From Giardia intestinalis (lineage: Eukaryota): 64,000 bases of DNA. A model generated the notes under the pieces. The model made no database searches. It saw only the letters and a program-made list of their open reading frames with translations, and was not told where the DNA came from. Made by a program: the position numbers and the translations under genes. Below, in pieces: positions 45,938 to 60,900 of this stretch (position 1 is the first letter of the stretch; every line of letters starts with the position of its first letter). The stretch lies in NCBI GenBank assembly GCA_000002435.2, contig CM018792.1. One strand, written 5' to 3'.

Positions 45938-48900
45938 TCACAGGAAATAAAACGCAGACCCGTCCCACATCATGTCACCTTCGTCCATACCTTGGGCAAA
46001 TCCGAGGAACGTGCTACGCGAATCATCGAGGAATACCGGAATGCCTGCCAAGTGAGCTACGCTTGCCGCGGGCTCAAGGGTCAGGAAGAGGGTTGAAATG
46101 CCGCCACTGGGTGATTTCTGGATCACATCATGGTCGGCTACGAATAAGAATGACCTGACCGTTACTGATACCGTGCTGCTAGCAGCCACTGTCGTGAAGC
46201 ACGCGGCCATCTCTCCAGATCCAGATGCACCTGGACTTCCTTGACTCAATAGGTCTTGGAACAAGGCAGCAAAACACTGATGTGCGTTAGACCCAAGCTT
46301 CAGAGGCAGCAACGTAATGGTGTCGTCGTTACCAGTTTGCATAGCCTCAAGCACATCTGTGCAATACTGGTATTGATCTACGAGAAGTGAGACATGCTGT
46401 AGCGCATCCTCATTGAGCAAGCGTTGTAGTTCATCGAGAGCAGTGGGGCCCTTCTCTGCTGCATGCATGTAGGCTAGCAGCGTGGTCCTTGCTGCACATT
46501 TGACCTTAAAGATTGCAAGAGAAAATGAGCTCCACCTATGTGAAGAGGTAAGAGTGGCGCTTACCTCCTCTACCTGCTGAAGGCTTTTTCGAATGCTTAA
46601 GAGCTTACTGATAATCGCGCTCACAATGCTCATAGTTATGCAAGAACTGCTATCCGGGTCTTTTGTGCTTTTATATCCCACTCTTCCTAAAATGACCTGG
46701 TGCAGATCATCGACTTTCTTTTGCTGTGCAGCTGTCATTATTCCGTCCAGGGCCTCGTTCAGGAAGACCCCTGTACACGACTCCACCATTGTGGGCAATG
46801 CATCCATATTAACTATCTTGTCAATAAGCCTTTTTGCTATGACCTTATCGTGTAGAGCTGAAATCCTATTCCCAAAACAAATCTCATGGAGCAATTTTTC
46901 AAAGAACTGATTGGCAAAGGGACAGAACGACTTGTTATCCTTGGCGAGCTGTGCTGCAAACTCTTTCACAAGAAGCTCTATGGCGTAGCGCAGATCCACA
47001 GATGTGAAGGAGTAGCTTCCAGAAAAGCCGTATGGCCTCATGCTTGCCCTCAGTTTGAAGATAACGAATATGTATGTTAGCTTATCAAGAAGGCATTTGA
47101 ACTCTGAATCAAAGAATTGGCCAGCCTGCTGAGCCTCAGAATCGACTTCAGTAGCCTCTGCAGAAGGCGTGGTGGTATTAAGGATAATACTGGTCTGCTT
47201 GAGCGCTATTTGCCTTGCATCTAGCCTAGTTTGCTCATATAGAGCCACCGGGTTGAGCTCCTTTTGCGATAAAAAGGAGACACAGCCCAGTGACGTGGCT
47301 AAAGACCGCATTTCCTCTGTTAGGCTATTGTCATCTGCACCCTGGATTGAGATGATAATCGAGATGTTATTGCTGTAGGTCTTAAGGTGGCTCTGTATAA
47401 CCTTGCAAAGATCTTCACAGTATGAGGCAGAGGCCAGATGCATGTTGGTCAATAGGATAATATCACGGTCTCGAGCTGCCTTGAGGATACCAGCAATCTT
47501 TGAAATGTGTGCGTCAGGGACCCCGAAGGGAACTGAGTGCACCAGCGGTCCGTGGTTGGCGTCCGCTTTTACGTCTTGAATCACTGCCTGAACAATGCTC
47601 TTTGGATCAGTATTCTCAATAATGTTGAGGAGCATGCAATGGGTATGCTTTTGATAGAACGAATAGTACTCTGTGAAGGTTGTGTGCGACCGAAGCTTTA
47701 GTTCTTTGCGCGTTACTGCTTTTGGCGCCTCCGATGTCGCTATCTCTTTCAGAAACTTATAAGTGGCATCTCGTGCAGTCAGGGTCAGCGACGACTGGGT
47801 GTTATCGTAGCATAGCTCTATGAAAATAATGAGCAAGTCAGAGTAGTTCTTCGCAGCCAGCGTCGTGAATCTCTCCAGGGCTGCATCTAAAATAAACAAC
47901 ATCTGCTCCAGGTTAAAGAGAAAGCCCGGCTCTAGGTCCCGCAGATGTCGTAGTACGGAAAATATCCGAGCTAGAACTGTTGTGCAATCGTGTAGTTCGT
48001 CCTTGAAGGCATCATAGCTTTTCTTCTGGTGTCTGAGTGTCTCTATTTGCGTATTAATTTGTCTGTATCGGGCCTTGGTAGCTTGTAGATGAGATATTAA
48101 GCCGGTATTTGTCAAGATGGAGCTATGGTCAACTGCACTTAGAGTACAAAGTAACTCTTTTTCCAGCGAGACGATAGTCTTCGCGTGGGTCGACAAGTCC
48201 TGCTCTATTTTCTGTTGCACAGAGTACAGATCGGGATGCAGGTATTCAATTAAGTGGTTGCACAATATCTCAAATATTTTCTCATCACTATGAGCAAAGT
48301 TTATCACGGTACACTTTGCCGCAAAATGGATTGCGCGCCCAACTACCTGACATAAAACAATTGCACCAAAATCTGGGTGGACAGGAATGACAACGCCTCC
48401 CAACTCTACAATAAAGGATCTTCTAGCGTCAGGAGATGAATTAGTGGGCAAACTAGTAGACGTAGCTGGCTCTTCTACGACTCGATGTAACACAAAAAGG
48501 GCTGGATCCAAAGAGTCGCCATCTTCTATGATCAGAGTGAAGCCAAACTTCAATGCCCGCTCCACAGAGGCCATCAAGTCGTCTGCAAGTGCAGATACCA
48601 TGATATGCTTTTTATACGTAGCCCTGAGATGGTCTAAATCTCCCTTGGTGTAGTCAAACAACAAAACGGGCGTTACCGGAGACAGAACCCTCTCTATAAG
48701 AATGTGGTTTGACAATGAACCTCTGAGGCAAAGAGCCGTCCCGTTACTGTACGAAATAGACAAGGCATCGAGTATCTCTTCTGCAAACGTGGCGAGCTCA
48801 ATCCTCAAGTTGTCGGTGTAGGACCCGGCATAAGTCTCGTAAAACGCTTCCAGGAGCACGTCTCCCATAAGTTTGTCCAAGATGTGCTCAGACCCAGCCT

Positions 48901-51900
48901 GCTGCTCAGTCCACCGCTTAATTTCGTCAGAGAGCAACTCAGTGATGATAGTTGCCTGCTTGGTGTTGTTCTCACACTCGTCTGCCTGGTTTTGCAGCCG
49001 AATTTGGTGGGCTTCACATTCGCTACACTCCGCTGTCAAGCTATCAATATTCTTCTCCATTTCGACAAGCTCCACCATAATTTCGGCTCTTCTTATTTCC
49101 AGACCACTAGCCTCCTCCTTAATTTGAAGAAGCGCCTGCTCAAGCGGTTGGACCTTAGCCTTTATCTTCAGAAATCCATAAATGCTCATGACCCAATCGA
49201 ACAGGAAGCCAGCCGGCTGAGAGGCGTGGCTGACAATATCTTTTTTGAAGGTGGGATTGGACTGGTATTCTGCCAAACGCTCCAGCCGATAAGCAGCGTG
49301 CTCATCCTCAGCAGGATTATACATCAGAATGGAGGATTGAAAGTTGTTTCTCTGCATTATTTTACGGACGGCCTCCCAGCTTGTGTTAATTCCTGCGATT
49401 GTAGGAGATATAATGATGACTACCGCAGCCATAACTAGAGTTATTGCCTCTGCTGGCCTGGCCATTCGTCGAATCTCCTCTAGGGCAGCCTTGCTTATTG
49501 TGCGAATGGAGCCTCGGGCTGCTACAAGTGCAGGCTCTGCTTCGGCCAACTCCGACTGCACAGACTCCATGCGTGCCTGAATGTACTCATGCTTCTGTGT
49601 GATTTCGGTCGAAAGCTTCACTGACTCGGCCTTACTTGCCATGGTAATCTCTCTCAGCTTAATAACCTCAGACAGCTTCTCCTGAGTGAGTACGGTCATC
49701 TCTGCGAGCTTCTCCTTCTTTGTGCATAGCTCTTCCTGGAGCTCGCTGACGCGTCCCTGCACGATGTCTAATATCTCCAAGCCTTTTACCAGATGGTTCT
49801 GCTGAGAGCAGAAATCTGTGTACACCTGCAGGTACAGTAGTGCAAACCGTGTGCACAATCTCTCGTAATGAAGCAAGGAGTGGAAGGTAATAGATCGCGC
49901 CACATGACTAGTTTTCAACATCTCGGGTAGAGAAAGAGATCCAACAACATCGTGGTACTGCTGCACAATCGAAGGCGCCCTTTCGTGAAGCAAGGCTAGT
50001 GCAGCACAGAGGCGCTGCTGAGGCCCCAAGCCCTGTGCTGCGATGGTGAGCGTGTCTTGAATTTCTAAGACGCTATCGTCTTGCTGCTGCTTTAGAATAT
50101 CAAGCAGCTGCTGAGTTTCTGTAGATACCCGATCACATGCCTCTATGCTCTGCTGAAGCATTGGCTCTGTATCTGTGACCCGTCCGAGACAGTCGGAGAC
50201 AGACTTCGGGAACGCCAAGGCCTGGACATGCCCTGTCCCCTTAAGAACTAGGAAGTAGATAGGCATCCTACTAATACTAATCAATTGGCATCTGTTATAC
50301 AAAGCTGGACTGAAAGTTATGCCGGAGCCCTCAAGGGTTGAGCTGACTACAAAGAGTATATGGAGCTTTTGCTTGACCATCTGCTGTAATTGGGCCAGAT
50401 CTGAGAGACCTGCTAACGAGATAGTCTTGTGAAGCTGTGCTTTGGTTAAAAATCCAGTCACATCTCCATTACACAAGAGATTGTTTAGATGCTCTAGGAA
50501 GTTGATAGGAAGACCAGTTTCGTAAGAAATAACAACCAAGACATTGCCAGGTTTTGTTACCGCGGCTTCAATAGCGCCCCTGAGGAACTCCCGGAAATCT
50601 GTAAGGGAGTATCTTTTGACTGTTTTGAGCTCAAAGATGGTTGATTCAGAGAGCCACGCCAGGAACTGGAGCAGAGAGGCGTCAAAAACCCCTGGCTCAG
50701 CACTTATAATAAGGTGTCCATGTGGGGTGTTTAGGGTGCGCATAATGTGATAGATGGGATCGCTAACAAACTCCATGTGTGATAGTGTCAGCGTATTCGC
50801 TGATTTATTATGGTATTTAGAGAACAAGTAGCAAAGATTAGACCATGCCTCTTGTTCTGTCAAAATGGAGGCAAAGTGGGTAGCTGAATCAGTCAGCGAA
50901 GCCCCTGATGTTATATTGAACTTAAAGTTCTTCTGAAGAAGGAGCGTATTAAAGGTTGATAGCTCTAACATAGGATTGTCGGCGGTCCAGGTGCACAGAG
51001 CCTTGGAGAGAGACTCCAGAAATCCGTGAAGTGACCTTGCTAGAATGGCGATTGTTGCTTTCTTTTCTGGTTGAGTCATCAGTTTGGTTGAAAAGATAGC
51101 TGACCCCTCGTATAGAATGAGTTGGACAAACCTCTTGCATGAGAAGACCCCAGTAGCATCAGTAAGCTGATAAGATCCATAATGGTCTTTAACGGAAGCA
51201 ATCCACCGCGTCAGATCTCTGGGGGAGTAGACAGAGGAACTGTGCTCTCGGTCTGCGGCTGCAGCAATCTGTTCATAAGCAGAAACCATTGCGGATGCCA
51301 GGGAAATTGAGAGGGAGGTGGTGGTGTCAGGAGTCAGAACGCTCAACAAGTTTGATTCGGTCAGAATGTCCGCAAGCATGTCGTCAGTATAGGCGGTGTA
51401 TATGCTCAGGAGCGCTGCATGACTAGGATGGTCCAGATACAGCGTAGATATCTGCCTCATAAATCTCTCACTTAGAAGAGACCGTCCTGCATCTGTTGGG
51501 GGATTACAACTGCAGGCAATAATTATGTTAAATGGTAAGACAATGACTGCGGATGTTTCCAGTGGAGACTCTTTTGCTTCGTGGGCACCGGGCTTCTTTT
51601 TATCCTTGGAGCCTGGAAGAACCCCGTCATATATGAAGTATCTATGCTCTAAAAGGAAACGAAGAAACTCTATTACGGGTTGATTGTCAAAACAATCTTT
51701 ATCAACCAGGTTAATCTCGTCTATGATCAGGCAGAAGGTCTGTCTTGCCGGAGAGACCAATATGTAGTGATCGTCCTCTGGAACCACATCGAAATGATTG
51801 AAGAAAATAGAAATTAAATCGTCTGGAGAGGTCTGTGATGAAAAGGAGGTGAAAACAACGCGCAAGTTGGGGTTCTGATTCAATATATGCGTCAGAAGTA

Positions 51901-54900
51901 CTGTTTTCCCGCTACCTGCCGGTCCTATTAAGAGTACGTGTCTACCCTGGTCCACTAGAGAGCCTAGATACATTGCGTACGCTTGCGTATCCACATTAGG
52001 AACAAGCTGAGACCCCGCAGACGTCGATTCCAGTGTAGGGTTATGTAATGGGTGTGTAAGTTTGTTCCTGGGCATACTCGCGTCTTCAAAGCGCGCCCTT
52101 CTAGTGTGGGCTGTTAGTGAGCTCTCCATAAGCGTCGACATGCTCTCATGGATTGTAGAAACAAAGAAGCTACGTAGCTCACAATTCTCAGGATCGTTTA
52201 GCTGCCAATACTCACTGTTTATGGAGCAGACGTATGTTAGCAAAGAGGTGTGAGCAGGCTGAGTTGGTGGTCTGCGGCCATCCTCTTCATAGCTGGATTG
52301 AGGCGGAGGGTGTTGGACAGTTGCTGATAACCATAGGGACGATGATGCATTGAGATCGGACGAATCTGGAATTGTGTGCGCCTTTGTGACCAAGGAACGT
52401 TCCTGAGTATTTAAGCGAGAAGACGTTGTGTCGGAAGTGCGCTCGACACAGTATCCAGCGAACACTTCCGGTGCTGACGGTTTTGTATTGAAGTACGTAA
52501 TCGCCAAGAGATCAAACTGTAAGTCGTCCGCGTCGTCAGCATTGCTTGCATCCCCAGAGCCAGAGTGAGTAGGGGTCTTCGTGGAGACCTCACTAGAAGG
52601 CTGATCAAGATAGTCTGAATAGTACCTACAAACAAGATTGGACAAAGAGTGGCGCTCTGCAAGAGGTAGCTGACAGCTGAGAGACCAAGCCAATCCGAAG
52701 ATGAATTGTCTAACGTAAAACAAAATGAGCCTGTTATATGAGATTCCTGAGAAGGACAGAACGCGAGAAACAGTCTGAGGGCTCACCAGTTTCTGCAGAT
52801 CCATTGTGCGAAGAGACAGCCGAGCTTCAGCTAAGCCTAATTCAATTTGCGTTATCTTTGTACGAAAATACTTCTCTGCTTCTGCCACAGCTGCCTTAAG
52901 CATCATCACAAGGGTTGCTAGAACTCTTGTTACAGAAAAGTCAATAGGAGAGTATTGCTTGTAGCGACCTTTAGCATGGTCCAGAAGCTCGGATAGCGTG
53001 CCAGAAAAGCTAGTTGATGAAGTGTTGATGTCAGCAGAAATCCCCTTCAGAATGCCATCAATGAACTCTCCACTTCCCGTTGCGAGGCCTTTACCCGTGC
53101 GGAACAAGCGTCCCAAAGTGCCCGTCTTGTGAGTGATTACTGTGCCGGATGGTGCTTGCTGTGTGTTAGTCAACTGATCAATGAGCCCGTGGCACGCGAT
53201 AAAACTTTGGTGAAATGTAACGTATAGAGGCGTACTCGCGAAAAGGAAAGAGCTAAAAACGTCGAAGGCTACCGCATTAAGGCACGCTAATACGTATTTC
53301 TGTGTATGCAAGTTAGGGATTGAGTTGGAAAGATTGGCTCTAGAAGGGAGCCCTGTTTGAGTCCGTGTCTGTGCCGGGGGTTGCTCGGTTCGCCTAGAGT
53401 GCCCGGTTTCTGAAATCAAAGACAGAAGGCTCGATGCGTGCGGGTTGTCCATGACGAGTTGACGCTTAAGACAGCCGTATGCAAGATCTGATGCTGGCAC
53501 AGTATCTGCGTGATGAATGCTGACAGAGCACCGTGAGATGGTGGCCAAGGTTGCATGCCGGAGTGTAGAGCTTTCAAAAACAAAGCGGACGCTGTCTGGT
53601 ATGTGAATTCTCTCGCCTGTGCAAAGAGTTAAGCAACGATTTCCATCCAAGACGGAGTTGAAGGCTTCAATCCAGTCTGGATTAATATCGCAATCAAATA
53701 GAAAGAAGAATCTTGGCCATCGGCTGAGAAGACAGGGAGTGCCTGAGTCCATGTTTTCGCTAAGGGCAATGGCCTCTCGTAGAGCCCGAAGAAAGCTGCT
53801 ATCTATCCATTCACGTGAAGGCTCAATTAAAGTGCCGAGAAGCTTAGTTTTAGCTTGCAATGCCAGAGGAGATACGGTGTATGTAGTCAAAGCTCCCTGC
53901 GAAACACCCGTCAATTCTGTAAGAAAGGACGCCAAGGCCCGTCGAGCACCATAATAGACCTGTTGCGCAGCTGTCTTTCCTGTGGATGAGGTGCCTGCAA
54001 TAATGGTTCCAGGGCTGAGACAGAGGCACATGTGAAGATGCAGCACCTTGTCTAGGAAGGCTTGATTAGGAACGAGCCCCATTTGCAGTGTAACTTGTGA
54101 TACAAACTTCGTCAACAGGTCATCAAGACTAACACTTTCCAGCAGCTTGAGAGCATGCCTGTAGTTAGACGATTCAGGGATAGTAATCTGCCGCCTAGAG
54201 CAGTCGCTACTCAAGCGTGCCCGTATCGTGGCCTCACAACGCCCAAAGGTGGAGCAGATGAGATCATTAAATTGAGGAATGTCATGGTGAGAAAGCGTTG
54301 GAAGGAGGGTTCGACGTATGCCTGTGACAAGGATATATCGTTCTGCTGCTTCACGAATGTCCGGAGAATCGGAGCTGAGGAGTTGCGTTAACGATGGCTC
54401 GTCCTCAATAAGCAACTGGCCTGCGCGCAATGCCATGCGAATACTACGCAAACCCAAGTCGTGCGCAAAATGGAAGGATGATTTGGACGCCTGTTCAGCA
54501 TCTGACTGGATGTGGGCGACAACTGCCTCCAGCCGTTGATAAAACATGCAGACAAGTCGACTGAGAACTCTCCCAAACGTGAAACCCAAGGAGACCAGTA
54601 GTACGTCAACAATGCTCTCCACCTCTGCCTGGGACATCATTACTATTCTGAAGAGAGCACTGATGTTCTTTGGAAGAGTACGGCGTCCCTTGTATGAAGG
54701 GTTCATTGTTATGAAGCATGCAAACTCACGCAGCTGAGAAAGGCGGGACGGATCATATTTCTGCGAGTTAAGCGAGAACTGAGCCATGAAACTATTGGCT
54801 GTCCGCCGTAGCTCGTGGGTAGATGCCTCGATCAGGGTGTCATTCCCTAGTTCTAGGACGCGTCTGTAGCTTTCCTCCTTGGATAGGAGTTCTTGAATTG

Positions 54901-57900
54901 CGTCGACGATAAGGCTAATCGATGATAAATTGTCGACTGCCAAACGATTAAATTCGTCAAAGCAGACCACACACCCCAGCAGCAAGGCACCAATCATTAT
55001 GCGCACCACAGAAGCATAGTCAAAGGCCTCGTCACAGTTAAAAACAAAGCATGGCCTACCTAGGTGTGCTGACAGTTGACGTGTTGACTCCGTCTTCCCA
55101 GTGCCAGCTGGACCAACGGGGCTAATGAAGAACTGCGATCCTATGGCTATCAGTGATTGGGTGTAGTGACTACTTGTAAGCTCTGTTTGCACCAAATGCG
55201 GAGATGAGCCAACGTAGTTACAGCTATAGACGTGCGAATAGGACAAAACCTTCACAAGTATTGGACACTCATAGATTTTCTGCCAGGGGCTGGGGTTGAG
55301 GACAAGGGATCTAAACGGCTTAGCGCTGACATAGTACTTCATTGCAAAGAACCGATCCAAGCGTTTTTCATCGCTTCGCCCCTGTGTCGCCTCAAGTGAG
55401 ACAACTGATTGGAGAAAGATTATCTCGGGTAAAAGACAGTGTATATTGTAGAGTCCCTTATACGTCACCTGTATATATGCGAGAAGCTCCTTGAGGGCAA
55501 CACCTGTGCGATTCAAATCCACTCTATCCGGATCATCTGTATATAGGTCCAATATCTCCGTAACTACGAGATGCAGCCCAACAATAAACGCTTGGCACGT
55601 ATGTGACTCTAACAAGCAGGGTATCTGCGAGGATGCAACAGCCACAGAGTCACTTAGAAAGGTGAGAAGAACACGTCTGCAGTGAAGAATCTGTTCGTAC
55701 ATACTTAGCCTAATAGACGTCTCCAGCTTGAGAAGAAACGGATGAATAGCAATTTCATTTGCGGAACTCGCCACCAGGTCACTGATGCTGAAGAACTGAG
55801 AAGAATCCAGGTGAAACCTTTCACCCTCAGGTGATACAATCCCAACTATCAGGAGGCGGGCTCCAGTCAGAGACGATGGTATAAAGTCATCATTCTCACA
55901 CGGCTCAGCGCAGTGACACAAGTCGCTGCTTGATGCGAAAATGAAGTGGGCAAAACCGGGAAAGATCTTGCTCAAGTGTTTTTCAAGCATGCAAATGTCG
56001 CTGTTATTTGTTGAGACACCAATAACCTGAGAGCTGTTTGAATGGTCAGAACAATGAGGCATAAGCAGTGATGAAAGCGCAGTGATGACACTAAGGATGT
56101 TGTCGTCGGTGAGGAAGAAGAGCCTTGGCGAAACATAGCGCTGCTGCTCGATAAACGTAGCAAGGGACTTAGCTATATATTGGAGTGAATCTTTAATAGT
56201 TAGAATCTTGGATGTACATGCCTCAACACCCCCAAGGAAAGAGAAGAAATGAACAAGATTGTCTGTCGTACCTTTGGAAGGCATGTCAGACAGGTGGCTA
56301 TACATAAAGGCCAGGTCGGCGACAGCAGTTTCATACCTAAGCACAGCATCCTTTATGTAGCGCTTAACAATGGCCATATTCTGTGCAAGCACAGAGGATA
56401 GTTGAATATATTCTGACTGTGTCTCTGTCAGAGCCTTCACGGCCGCGAGATATAGAATAAAGGTCTCCTGGAGTACTATTAACTGAGAGCTAAACTCCGT
56501 ATAGAATGGGGTAGTTGACAGGTCCGAAATGCTAAGGAGTGCCGATTCCAAACTTTTTGTTATGTCAGCAAGGTTACTAATAATGTGAGTATCATTTCGG
56601 TGTACGAATGTTAGGGGTATGCTCTTGGACAGTAGAGTATGTGCGTTAATCATGCCGTACACAGAGGAACGTGCTCGTGCCTGAGATAGAATGCTTTCAC
56701 ATATGCCAGTAAGAACCCTGAGAGGCTCCTTGTCTTGAGTGTGGACAACTGAGCCGGAATCAGAAGAGGCGCCTTTCTGAGACGTTAGTGACTGATGCGA
56801 CAAGCTCAGGAAGAGCAGGAGATGATCGAGAAGCTCATACACGGTGTATGTCTGAAGCCGTGTCTGAATATTTAGAGCGGGAGGAAAATTGGCTTGAGTG
56901 CCGCACACAAATCTAAGCTCAGCAAGAAATTCTGGCCAGTGAGAGGGATGGAAAGAGGTGGGATTGCACAGCTGGACTAGATATGGCTGGAGCGTAGCGA
57001 GCGTATGGGTGTACCCCGACAAGGCGGCAGTAAGTTTGGAAGGGTTTTTCCAGGTAGTGCTGTTTTGTTCTAGCCATTTAACCACCTTCTGATTGCCCTG
57101 GAAGACCCCACCCAGCTCTAAATAGTCTTCAATAAGATGCTCTAGCTCGTGGCAAAAAGCTGACAATGCAGAGTCGATTGCTGCTGAGTTACAGTCTAGT
57201 ACTGATGAATTGAGATCTCGCCCTTTTAGTCCGTCAAACAGGTGAGTCAGCTTGTGACAGAGAGGCAAGTAGGTTGAGTCAATAACCTCCGTCGCCACTA
57301 TGAGGGCCTCCATGTCGGCATTGGTACACGTTGACATGTTGATGCCAAATAACGCTGACGCTGACGCAGCAACTCCAAGAATGTCAGTGAGGTCTTTCTG
57401 CAGATCAGCAAGCCGCTGCCGAACTTCCTGAACATGCTTTAAGAGAATTCCTGGGTCAAGGCTGCCATCTGGCGTGAGTACGTCCGGACACATGAGGGAG
57501 GGATCAGTAACTTTTGCAATGTTGACAAGACTGGATTCATGGAACAAGTTCTCGGTGGCCTGCAGGTTTGCTAGTATCCTTGCTGAGGATACCTTGTCTT
57601 CCAGCACCCGTGCCTTCAGATACGAATATCTTTCGGCAAACGTGGGATAAACATTGTCGATGAGAGCGTCCACCATAGACTGCTCGTTAGCTGTCAGGAC
57701 AAGTGTTGCACGGAGACGGGGAAGCAGATCCTTATGTTTGATATAGAGCCCATCCGCGTCTGCTGAGTGAGCAAGACACTTCAGAACAGCCACAGAATCA
57801 TTCCAGTCCACTTCGTCGCGCGGATTACCGCGAGGACCACTGAGATCCTGCAGCTCGGTGTTCAATCGAGAGAAGAGGCGTGTCAAATGATCGATCAATG

Positions 57901-60900
57901 CTAGTGTACACTCTGTCACCTTGGCGAGTACGCTGTTCTGGAACGCTTTGTATCTATTATAAAAGGCCTTCTTGAAGTCATCCGAGACAGATAGCTCAAC
58001 CAGACGTAAAAAGCTCTCCTTTTCGCCATCGTTTAACAAGAAGTAATAGGCTTCCTGAAAATCTTTGTCTGCATGATCCAGAACATGTACCCACGAGTGG
58101 AGCTGTGAGTTAGTCACACTATGAGATTGAACAAACTTTTCCGCCCTATCCAGTGCCCACGTGTCAACACACACGTGGATACGCACAAGGCGCCTGGTAA
58201 ATCTGCTAGAGCTCCTGATAGCATCCGCACGAATTTCGTTCAGCAGTTGAGTTACTAGGTTAACATTATTGTGGAGTTTTAGCTCACCGCCATGTAGCGT
58301 ATCCACTTGGATGGCGAAGATCATGCGAGAAAAGGACTCTATTGTTGGAACGTGTGCCTTATAAAGATGCTGTGTATTCATTAAACCCCCACGAGATGCA
58401 ACGTCAGCGTCAGCTGGAGAAGGGGCAACGTCTGAAAGCAGGCAGAGTGCAGACGGATCGACTGGAAGCTCACACCCTATGATTCCAGAAACTATAGTGT
58501 CCACGATTGATAGAAAGGCAGGAGACTTCAATGCGGCAAGAGCGTGTGCTTCTCTGGGCTCAACATGCATTAACGCATCATCAAGAGAAACAGTCAAGTG
58601 CCTGCATGCGTTGGCCACGAATGGGAAAAGTGACTGTTTGGCAGCTCTAAATTGATGATAGTCAGTGTTGGTAAGTGAGGTTTGATAGTTTTGGAGGGCA
58701 TTGGAGTCGCCCAGAAACTGCTCCCTAAGAATAAGAAGGGCATAGATTAGCCGCGTCGTCATGATGCGCGAGATTAAAACAGAAAGCGAGTAATGAGTCG
58801 CCAGACGTCCCGGATCAGAACGCTTCTGGCTAGACGTCTCTGTGGAGAGTACACCGTTAGCGTCTAGACGGTTGAGAGAGTATCTTAGCTTGTCAAGAAG
58901 TTTAGCGACTGAGGACTGTTTTGAAATTATAAGTTCAGAAATAATTTCGCGGATAATCTCTGTCTCCGAAACAATAGATATAAATGCCACATCAAGCTGT
59001 GCTACGGAGCGATAAAGTTTGCGGAACTGATTAGAGAGGATAGCAGTGTATGCGTCAATTGTACCATTCTCGGGCAAGCTATCCTGGCGGACCATGTCGC
59101 CGCATTGGGAGCCGGAATGTGTGGCGTAAGTCATTGAAAAGTCGTTATCGACGTGAACTAGCTGCAGAGGAAGAGACAGGAAGTACGGGGAAAATAGAGC
59201 TTCATAAAAGGGAGAAACATTGGGGCGATTCTCGGAGCCATAGATATCGCTTATAGAGTAAAACTTGACATAATTTGGACACAGCTCTCCAAAAATAGAT
59301 AATCGTACAAGGATTGCATAAATCTGTGATATGTTAACGGAAAGATTGTACGATAGCGAGCTGTTATCCATGACCTTCTTGGAGTTTCCCGTTGTGCCCA
59401 TCCAGGCGGCCAGATGCCCAATCAGTTGCGAAAACTTCTTTAGTGCTGGGAGCAGTATCCCAACAATAGCGTTGAACAGGGACTGGTACCTTTGCATGAT
59501 AGAGCTGTGGAGTATCTTTGAAGCGTTTGGCAGCCTTCCAGCGACAGCAAAGGAGCTGCAGAGACTCTGGGCACTGAAGAGTGAGGGAACAGGCGTAGTC
59601 ACCAATAAGTCAGGGGGCGACGATGCCTCTAGTGCCGAGTCTGTTGTCAACAGGTGAAGGGTCTTGGGGAGACGGGAAACTGTAAGAATTCCAGCCTGAC
59701 GCGTAGAGAGTTCTTGATATCTAGTGGAATCTCTTTCAAATGCAAGAACGTGCTCGCACAAAAATTGAGATAGATGAGTGGCCTCGAGGCCAGTATCAGG
59801 ACAGTAAAAGGATGAGATCAGGAGCTCAGTCCAAAGCTCGCCCCACTTGCTATACTTAGAAGAGAACGTATTTAAGTTCGCAGCAAGAGCAGTGCTAATT
59901 TTGGAAATGGAGCTGAGTGAATCTGCTTTGATTACAGACGAACGAACTAGTAGAACACCGAGCAGCTCAATGCTGAATACATGCCTGCTTCTGGAAAACA
60001 AAAGCAAGGAAGCAGTCAGGAGATTGGGAAGGATAGTGCTCCTAATCAGGAGGGTTCCGGCAGCCTCTCTGATATCGTCTATCTCTAGTTGTTGAAGATG
60101 AGTGTTTTCATTGCTGACCACCGCCTTCCTGTAGTACTCAATCAGCTCACAAAGCAGTAGCTCTCTTATTTCTACGTGTTCTCTCTGAGTTCTGAGCTGC
60201 AAATACACGTTCTGTTCTGTTGAGCTAAGTGTCTTGCTAAGTTCTGCGGTAAATTTGACTATCAAGGCGTTGTAATAATTTTTGGTTCCTGGCTGCAAGG
60301 ACGCAATTATAGCAAATCGAGAGAAGTGTTCTCCATATCGTGTGATAAACGTGTGGATGTTGTTTGTGGAAAAGAGGCTGTCTAGGATGCCCTTGTATAT
60401 ATCCTCGTAGCTATTCATAGAGGCCAGGAGACCGGGGATAGATGTAAGCCCTCGAAGCACGGTGGCTGCAGCTGGGTTGTTTGGGAAAAGGCTACAGGAT
60501 GGCGCTTTTGGGTGAATAAATGAGCGAGTAAAAAGATAGGAAAGTTGTTGCAAATATTGATAAGAACAGTCAGGGACATCATCCTGCTCAGGAGACAGCT
60601 GTGCCATGAAAGCTAGCTCGTGTGACCGGGCTAGCCTAAGCACGTCTGTGAGCCGGTCTATCAACGACGCAGGTACATGGGGTACAGATGTACAGAGAAG
60701 TTGGACATGCTCTCGGAGTCGCTGTATATCTACAAGCGCTCCAGAAAGAGCAATTAACCTGGCGGAAAAGTCAACAAGCATATCCGAATCCATAATCTCG
60801 TACGGCGGGGCATATGCAGCTAGCTTGAATGTAAGAGAGGTATACTTCTCAATAGCCTTTACGCCAGCCAACTCAGAGATTAGATTCTGGGAGATAGCTC